From NCBI GenBank assembly GCA_049317545.1, contig JBMOIB010000004.1, forward strand, positions 5,565 to 69,564: a stretch of DNA of 64,000 bases, written 5' to 3'. Each line of letters starts with the position of its first letter. Position 1 is the stretch's first letter. Made by a program: the position numbers and the translations under genes. Source of the DNA: Caulobacterales bacterium (GTDB lineage: Bacteria; Pseudomonadota; Alphaproteobacteria; Caulobacterales; Aquidulcibacteraceae). The notes below the pieces were generated by a model. That model was not told the DNA's origin. It ran no database searches and saw nothing but the letters and a program-made list of their open reading frames with translations. Positions 58,271 through 64,000 of this stretch are shown here, piece after piece.

Positions 58271-58807
58271 GTGGCTGACGCGCGCGATCTCGTGGTGGTC
58301 GGCGCGATCGCCGGCGCCTTCGGCGTCCGTGGCGAAGTGCGCGTGCGCAGCTTCACGCAGGACCTCGAAGGCGTCGTCGCCTACGGCCCGCTGCGCGACG
58401 CAGCGGGCAAGGTGGTGCTGACGCCCAAGCGCTGGCGCCCCTTGAAGGATGGCCTCGCGGTGACCGCCGTTGAGGTCGCAACGCGCGAACAGGCCGAGGC
58501 GCTGCGCAACACGACGTTGCACGTCCCGCGCGCGGCCCTTCCGGCCCCGGACGAAGACGAATTCTACCACGTCGACCTGATCGGCTGCCGCGTCGAGACG
58601 CCGGACGGAGAGGTTCTGGGCGAAGTCGCCGCAGTGCACGATTTCGGAGCCGGCGACCTTCTGGCCGTGCGCGGCGCGCATGGACGGTCGAGCTTTCATC
58701 GTTTCACCCGCGAAGCCGCACCGCTCGTCGACATCAAGGCGCGGCTGATCGTCGTCATCCCTCAGGCCGATGCGGAGGATATCCCCGACGACGAAGACGC
58801 CCCATGA
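58271..58807 (+). CDS. rimM: 16S rRNA processing protein RimM
   Basis: [16 protein letters not shown]..., [12 protein letters not shown] and a PRC barrel. GTG start. Confidence 0.9.
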   Translation: MADARDLVVVGAIAGAFGVRGEVRVRSFTQDLEGVVAYGPLRDAAGKVVLTPKRWRPLKDGLAVTAVEVATREQAEALRNTTLHVPRAALPAPDEDEFYHVDLIGCRVETPDGEVLGEVAAVHDFGAGDLLAVRGAHGRSSFHRFTREAAPLVDIKARLIVVIPQADAEDIPDDEDAP

Positions 58808-59508
58808 GCGAGGCGGCGCCCTTCGCAGCCACTGTCGTGACGCTATTCCCGGAGGCCTTTCCCGGCACTTTGGGACTCTCCGTGATCGGGCGCGGACTTG
58901 AGCGCGGGGTCTGGACGCTGGATGCGCTCGATCTGCGCACCTTCGGCGACGGGCCGCACCGCAAGGTCGACGATGCGCCCGCCGGCGGCGGCGCAGGCCT
59001 CGTTTTGCGGGCCGACGTGGTCGCAGCGGCGATCGATTCAATCGCTCCGGCTGGCCGGCCAATCCTCTACCCCTCCCCGCGCGGGCGACCGCTGACGCAG
59101 GACATGACCCGCGCCTGGGCGGCGGGCCCCGGCCTCGTGATCCTGTGCGGGCGGTTCGAGGGCCTGGACGAGCGTCTGATCGAAGCGCGCGGCCTTCAGG
59201 AAGTGTGCGTCGGCGACGCCGTCCTCGCAGGCGGCGAGGTCGCCGCCCTCCTCATCCTCGAGGCGGTCGTGCGCCTTTTGCCCGGCGTGCTCGGCAACAG
59301 CGAAAGCCTCACAGAAGAGAGCTTCGCGGACGGGCTTCTGGAGCACCCGCAATACACTCGGCCCCGAACGTTCGAAGGCCGCGACATCCCCGACGTCCTT
59401 CTCGGCGGCGACCATTCCAAAGTCGCGGCCTGGCGCAAGGCCGAACGCGAGCGCCTCACGCGTGAACGGCGCCCCGATCTTCTCGTCCGACGCCCCCCGA
59501 TCGATTGA
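58804..59508 (+). CDS. trmD: tRNA (guanine37-N1)-methyltransferase
   Basis: [38 protein letters not shown] overlap with rimM. Confidence 0.93.
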   Translation: MSEAAPFAATVVTLFPEAFPGTLGLSVIGRGLERGVWTLDALDLRTFGDGPHRKVDDAPAGGGAGLVLRADVVAAAIDSIAPAGRPILYPSPRGRPLTQDMTRAWAAGPGLVILCGRFEGLDERLIEARGLQEVCVGDAVLAGGEVAALLILEAVVRLLPGVLGNSESLTEESFADGLLEHPQYTRPRTFEGRDIPDVLLGGDHSKVAAWRKAERERLTRERRPDLLVRRPPID

Positions 59509-59556
59509 CAGCTTTGCGGCGCCGCCGCTTGATGGCTGTGAATGGGGAGGATCATC

Positions 59557-60888
59557 ATGGTCGAAAAACGTCTCGCAATCGCGGTCGCCGCGCTTTTGCT
59601 CGCAACAGCCGCGCCGGCCATGGCCGAAACCGGCGGGACGCCAGCCGGCGCAGCGCTTTCGGCTGAAGTCGCCAAAGATTATTCTGCGAACCTCAGATCG
59701 CTTTTCGAAGACCTGCACGCCAATCCGGAACTTTCCTTCAAGGAAACCCGCACGGCCGCAAAGCTCGCGAAGGCGCTGAAGGCCATGGGCGTCGAGACGA
59801 CCGAGAAGGTCGGCGGCACGGGCGTCGTCGGCCTGATCCGCAATGGCGCGGGACCGGTCGTTATGCTGCGGGCGGACATGGATGGCCTTCCGATCCAGGA
59901 GCGCAACGGCCTGCCCTACGAGTCCAAAGCGCGCCAGGTCGACGTCGACGGGGTGGAAATGCCCGTGATGCACGCCTGCGGCCATGACGTTCACATGACC
60001 GCGCTGATCGGCGCCGTCCGTCAGCTGCTCGCGCAGAAAGCCAATTGGCGCGGCACGATCGTGGTGGTCTTCCAACCCGCCGAAGAGCGCCTTGGCGGCG
60101 CGGTCGCCATGCTCAAGGACGGGCTCTACACCCGCTTCCCGAAACCGGACGTCGCTTTGGGGCTGCATGTCGGATCCGGCCTTGAAGCCGGCAAATTCCG
60201 CGTCGAGAGCCGCGTCGCGAATTCGAGCTCGGACAGCGTCGACATCCTGGTCAAAGGCGTCGGCGGGCACGGCGCGTCTCCCAACAAGGCGATCGACCCG
60301 ATCGTGGTGAGCTCCAACATCGTCATGGCGCTGCAGACGCTGACGTCCCGCACCATCGACCCGCTTGAGGCCGGCGTCGTGACCGTGGGCGTCGTGCAGG
60401 GCGGAACCAAGCGCAACATCATCCCGGAAGAGGTGAAGCTGCAGCTCACGGTGCGCGCCGACAATCCGCAGGTCCGCACGCAGCTGCTCGACGGGATCAA
60501 ACGCGTCGCCGAGGGCGTCGCGCGCGCCTATGGCGTCCCCGCCGATCGGTACCCGGTTGTGACCGCCACCGCCGAAGCCGCCCCGCCCAACCTCAATGAT
60601 CCGGACTCGGCCGGAAAGGTGCGCGTCGCACTCGCCAGCGCCTTTGGAGAAGAGCGCATGTCCAAAGTCGCGCGCGCGGGCATGGGCGCCGAGGACTTCG
60701 CCTATTTCGGCGCGCCGGAATGGGGCGGGGTGAAATCGGTGTTCTTTAATGTCGGCGGCTCGGTGACCGACGATCTTTCCAAGGCTCCGCCGCACCATTC
60801 GCCGCTGTTCATGATCAAGCCCGAACCGGCCGTCCGCGCCGGCGTCGAAGGCTACGTCACCGCCGCGCTCGCGTTCCTCGCGAAGTAG
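59557..60888 (+). CDS. M20D family amidohydrolase (hippurate hydrolase/aminoacylase-like), exported
   Basis: Signal peptide ...LLLATAAPAMA-E, MHACGHD, FQPAEE and GAEDF motifs. SD GGGGAGG. Confidence 0.88.
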   Translation: MVEKRLAIAVAALLLATAAPAMAETGGTPAGAALSAEVAKDYSANLRSLFEDLHANPELSFKETRTAAKLAKALKAMGVETTEKVGGTGVVGLIRNGAGPVVMLRADMDGLPIQERNGLPYESKARQVDVDGVEMPVMHACGHDVHMTALIGAVRQLLAQKANWRGTIVVVFQPAEERLGGAVAMLKDGLYTRFPKPDVALGLHVGSGLEAGKFRVESRVANSSSDSVDILVKGVGGHGASPNKAIDPIVVSSNIVMALQTLTSRTIDPLEAGVVTVGVVQGGTKRNIIPEEVKLQLTVRADNPQVRTQLLDGIKRVAEGVARAYGVPADRYPVVTATAEAAPPNLNDPDSAGKVRVALASAFGEERMSKVARAGMGAEDFAYFGAPEWGGVKSVFFNVGGSVTDDLSKAPPHHSPLFMIKPEPAVRAGVEGYVTAALAFLAK

Positions 60889-60898
60889 GCGCCCCGAG

Positions 60899-60996
60899 CC
60901 CTCCCCCAGCGGGGGAGGTTTGGGAGGGGGCGAGGGGCGACCGGCGATGGCGACGCGTTCTCTCCCCTCCCCTGCCCCCTCCCCGCTGGGGAGGGG
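60899..60996. repeat. G/C-tract nested palindromic REP/MITE-like element, copy 2
   Basis: CCCTCCCCCAGCGGGGGAGGTTTGGGAGGGGG ... CCCCTCCCCGCTGGGGAGGGGA. Same arm sequences as 52787-52910 with a shorter centre. Confidence 0.7.
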
Positions 60997-61053
60997 AAGC
61001 GGTTTCCAATTGCAAGCGGACGCTCCGGGTTCCGAAACGAGGTTTCGCCCCCC

Positions 61054-61082
61054 TCGACAAGCCCCAACCGTTCGCGTATACG
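61054..61082 (+). promoter_or_regulatory. candidate sigma70-type promoter for rplS
   Basis: TCGACA, 17 nt, TATACG, lying 62 nt upstream of the rplS ATG. Pattern match only. Confidence 0.3.
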
Positions 61083-61143
61083 CCCGCCTTTCCTGAGGCT
61101 TCCCCTAGAGCTTGGCGGGTTCCGCCGGGCGCGAGCTATCGCC

Positions 61144-61536
61144 ATGAACCTGATCGCCCAACTCGAACAAGAAGAATTGACCCGCGTCGCCGGCGCGAAA
61201 AAGATCCCCGAGTTCCGCGCCGGCGATACGCTGCGCGTTAACGTGAAGATCAAGGAAGGCGAGCGCGAGCGCGTCCAGGCCTACGAAGGCGTGTGCATCG
61301 CGCGGTCTGGCGGCGGTCTCAACGCCAACTTCACGGTCCGCAAGATTTCGTTCGGTGAAGGCGTCGAACGCGTTTTCCCGCTGTATGGTCCGCTCGTTGA
61401 ATCCATCGACGTGGTCCGCCGCGGCGAAGTCCGTCGCTCGAAGCTCTATTACCTGCGCGAGCGTCGCGGCAAATCGGCCCGGATCACCGAGCGCGCGGGC
61501 GGCCCGCGCAACACCGGCGAGAAGGCCGAAGGTTAA
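61144..61536 (+). CDS. rplS: 50S ribosomal protein L19
   Basis: [11 protein letters not shown]..., [46 protein letters not shown]. Confidence 0.95.
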   Translation: MNLIAQLEQEELTRVAGAKKIPEFRAGDTLRVNVKIKEGERERVQAYEGVCIARSGGGLNANFTVRKISFGEGVERVFPLYGPLVESIDVVRRGEVRRSKLYYLRERRGKSARITERAGGPRNTGEKAEG

Positions 61537-61592
61537 GCGTCACGTCACGCTTGGCTTGACGCGGCGTCGCCGCGCCCGCACCTGAGTGGCCC

Positions 61593-62876
61593 ATGGCCGC
61601 CGAACCTCTCCTTGACGCGACTGCGCCCGGCCTCGATGCCGGCGTGGAAATTGTGACCCTGGGCTGCAGGCTGAACGCATTTGAGTCCGAGGCGATGCGC
61701 GCGCTCACGGCCGAGGCGGGCCTGACCGACGCCGTGGTGGTCAATACCTGCGCGGTGACCAACGAAGCCGTGCGCCAGGCGCGTCAGGCGATCCGGCGCG
61801 CACGGCGCGAACGCCCAAACGCCTCGATCATCGTCACGGGATGTGCGGCGCAGATCGATCCAGCCAGCTTCGCCGCCATGCCGGAAGTGGACCGCGTCCT
61901 CGGCAATTCCGAAAAGATGACCTCTAGCGCCTTCGCGCGCGATGAGGGTCCGCGCGTGCGGGTCGCGGACATCATGAGCGTGCGCGAAACCGCGCCGCAC
62001 CTGATCTCCGGCTTCGCCGAACGCACCCGCGCCTATGTCGAGGTGCAGAACGGCTGCGACCATCGCTGCACCTTCTGCATCATACCTTTTGGGCGCGGAA
62101 ACTCGCGCTCGGTCCCGGCCGGCGCCGTGGTCGAACAGATCGCCAAGCTCGCGGCCAGCGGCGTCCCGGAGGTCGTGCTTACCGGAGTCGACCTGACGAG
62201 TTGGGGCGCCGATCTCCCCGGGTCGCCGAACCTCGGCAACCTCGTCGCGCGCATTCTCAAGTTCGCGCCGAACCTGGCGTCGCTGCGCCTGTCCTCGCTT
62301 GACGTCATCGAAATGGATCCGCAGCTGTTCGACATCGTCACGAGCGAACCGCGGGTCGCGCCGCATCTTCACCTGTCGCTGCAGCACGGCGACGATCTGA
62401 TCCTCAAGCGCATGAAGCGCCGCCACGGACGGGCGCAGGCGCTTGACCTGTGCGCGCGCTTGAAGGCGGCGCGGCCGGAAATCGCGCTCGGCGCCGATCT
62501 GATCGCCGGCTTTCCGACCGAGACCGAGGCGCAGTTTCAGACGATGCTGGATTTCGTCGACGAGGCCGGCCTCGCCTTCCTGCACGTCTTCCCGTTCAGC
62601 CCGCGCCAGGGCACGCCGGCGGCGCGGATGCCGCCGGTCGAGCCTGCGGTCGTCAAGGCCCGCGCCGCGCGCTTGCGCGCGAAGGGCGCTGAACGCCTGG
62701 GCCTGCATCTCGACGGCTGGGTTGGGCGCGACGCGACGATGCTCGCTGAGCGCGAAGGCCAGGGCCGCCTGACCGATTACACGCCAATTGCCGCGCCCGG
62801 AGCGGCAGCGGGCGCATTCGTCCGGGTTCGGATTGAAGGCCGCAGCGGCGAAACTCTGCGCGGAGCGCTTCTATGA
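61593..62876 (+). CDS. mtaB: tRNA t6A37 methylthiotransferase (MiaB-like radical SAM, MtaB type)
   Basis: N-terminal Cys triad (LGCRLN..., NTCAVT..., TGC) and radical-SAM CDHRCTFCIIP. It lacks a long TRAM tail. Confidence 0.85.
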   Translation: MAAEPLLDATAPGLDAGVEIVTLGCRLNAFESEAMRALTAEAGLTDAVVVNTCAVTNEAVRQARQAIRRARRERPNASIIVTGCAAQIDPASFAAMPEVDRVLGNSEKMTSSAFARDEGPRVRVADIMSVRETAPHLISGFAERTRAYVEVQNGCDHRCTFCIIPFGRGNSRSVPAGAVVEQIAKLAASGVPEVVLTGVDLTSWGADLPGSPNLGNLVARILKFAPNLASLRLSSLDVIEMDPQLFDIVTSEPRVAPHLHLSLQHGDDLILKRMKRRHGRAQALDLCARLKAARPEIALGADLIAGFPTETEAQFQTMLDFVDEAGLAFLHVFPFSPRQGTPAARMPPVEPAVVKARAARLRAKGAERLGLHLDGWVGRDATMLAEREGQGRLTDYTPIAAPGAAAGAFVRVRIEGRSGETLRGALL

Positions 62877-63904
62877 TCTGGGGCTTCCTCAAAAAGAAGG
62901 ACGAGAGCGCTCGGGTGGAGACGCCCGCCGCGCAGCCGACGATCGCCGCGCCGGAGGCGTCGGCCGAAGCGCGCAGCGAACCGAAAGAGCCGGGGCTGTT
63001 TGGGCGGCTGTTCGGCGGCCTCGCCAAGTCCTCGGCCAAACTGGCCGACGGCATCGCCGGGGCCTTCACCAAGCGCAAACTCGACGCCGAGGCGCTGGAG
63101 GAGCTGGAAGAGCTCTTGATCCGGTCCGACATGGGCGCGCCCGCGGCCGCCAAGATCACCGCAGGCCTCGCCAAGGAACGGTTCGGCAAAGAGGCGAGCG
63201 AAGACGAGATCAAGGCCGCACTGGCGTCCGAAATCGCCGCGCTCCTGCAACCGCGGGAGGCGCCGCTCGACCTGTCGACCGGACCGCGCCCCCGCATCGT
63301 GCTCGTCATCGGCGTCAACGGCTCGGGCAAAACCACGACGATCGGCAAGCTGTGCGCGCTCCTGCAGCGCAACGGCGCGCGCGTGGTGGTCGGCGCCGCC
63401 GACACCTTCCGCGCCGCCGCGATCGAGCAATTGAAGGTCTGGGCAGACCGCTCCGGCGCTGGCTTCGTCGCCAGGGGCCAGGGCGCAGATGCGGCGGGCG
63501 TCGCCTTCGAGGCGGTCGAAAAGGCGATCGCGGACAATGCCGACGTCTGCCTCATCGACACCGCCGGACGCCTGCAGAACCGCGAAGAGTTGATGTCTGA
63601 ACTCGCCAAGATCCTGCGCGCGATCCGCAAGGTCGATGAAAATGCCCCGCACGAGACCTTGCTCGTACTCGACGCCACGGTCGGCCAGAACGCGTTGTCG
63701 CAGATGGAGGCGTTCCGCAGCGCCGCCGGCGTGACAGGCCTCGTCATGACCAAACTCGACGGCACAGCCAAAGGCGGCGTGCTGGTGGCGATCGCCGAGC
63801 GCCATGCGATCCCGATCCATTTCGTCGGCGTCGGGGAGACCGCAGAAGACCTGCAGCCGTTCAATGCAGACGACTTCGCCCGCGCGCTCGTCGGGCTGGC
63901 CTAA
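62873..63904 (+). CDS. ftsY: signal recognition particle-docking protein FtsY
   Basis: GVNGSGKTTTIGKL, DTAGRLQN, TKLDGTAKGG. ATGA overlap with mtaB. Confidence 0.93.
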   Translation: MIWGFLKKKDESARVETPAAQPTIAAPEASAEARSEPKEPGLFGRLFGGLAKSSAKLADGIAGAFTKRKLDAEALEELEELLIRSDMGAPAAAKITAGLAKERFGKEASEDEIKAALASEIAALLQPREAPLDLSTGPRPRIVLVIGVNGSGKTTTIGKLCALLQRNGARVVVGAADTFRAAAIEQLKVWADRSGAGFVARGQGADAAGVAFEAVEKAIADNADVCLIDTAGRLQNREELMSELAKILRAIRKVDENAPHETLLVLDATVGQNALSQMEAFRSAAGVTGLVMTKLDGTAKGGVLVAIAERHAIPIHFVGVGETAEDLQPFNADDFARALVGLA

Positions 63905-63935
63905 CGCGCTACTTCTTTCGCCAGGAGGACGATCC

Positions 63936-64000
63936 ATGTCCGTTTCGGACGATGCCCAGACAACGCCTGCGAAGGCCGCCCCAGGACAATTAACGCCGGT
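63936..64000 (+). CDS. hypothetical protein, first 21 codons only (runs off the right edge)
   Basis: AGGAGGA, 6 nt, ATG, then MSVSDDAQTTPAKAAPGQLTP. No family can be assigned. Confidence 0.4.
   Translation, partial: MSVSDDAQTTPAKAAPGQLTP

Noticed and set aside
56289-60798. Three long minus-strand ORFs (476, 514 and 586 aa)
   Set aside because: They are antisense to ffh, rpsP-rimM-trmD and the M20 amidohydrolase respectively. The sense genes are highly conserved families, and the antisense products have no motifs.
62653-63937. 403-aa and 386-aa minus-strand ORFs
   Set aside because: They are antisense to ftsY/mtaB. Ser/Ala/Arg-rich shadow frames.

Overview
This is a GC-rich chromosomal segment (roughly two-thirds G+C by eye, not computed). 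It is almost certainly from an alphaproteobacterium of the Hyphomicrobiales/Rhizobiales type. Supporting marks are a MucR/Ros regulator, mreB-mreC-mreD-mrdA-rodA, ffh-rpsP-rimM-trmD...rplS, mtaB-ftsY, and AhpC/AhpD with a divergent OxyR. I can support about 66 protein genes. I recognised no rRNA, tRNA, CRISPR array, transposase or integrase. Most of the window is housekeeping: ilvC/ilvN, GTP-type PEPCK, cell-shape genes, Kdo/LPS genes kpsF-galE-kdsA-GT4, dapF, SRP components, ribosomal proteins and peroxide defence. Many very long antisense ORFs in the track are GC-driven shadow ORFs, and several track ORFs carry spurious N-terminal extensions. I re-set starts by motif position, Shine-Dalgarno (SD) sequences and stop/start overlaps. 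The least ordinary part is 10.2-14.1 kb. There an NBD-only Hsp70-like ATPase is translationally coupled (ATGA) to a small GrpE-like protein. This pair is divergent from a membrane-anchored BY-kinase/MinD-like P-loop protein whose Walker-A lysine is replaced. The trio is wedged between a MucR/Ros gene and an H-NS-like gene, both of which converge on it. Other items worth a second look: (1) a tightly coupled minus-strand operon at 14.1-19.4 kb encoding unknown 370-aa protein, APH-fold kinase, unknown 150-aa protein, MFS, quinone oxidoreductase and VanZ; (2) an exported RNase T2 next to two tandem lipoprotein 'methyltransferase-fold' paralogues; (3) two families of nested palindromic REP/MITE-like elements, one copy between ahpC and ahpD and one beside an amidohydrolase gene that interrupts trmD-rplS; (4) a candidate B3 metallo-beta-lactamase; (5) an orphan PhnZ-like HD protein; (6) a RibD-like deaminase with a collapsed reductase domain; (7) a short AT-rich islet with a small ORF of atypical codon usage. 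All functional calls come from motif recognition by eye. No database search was run.
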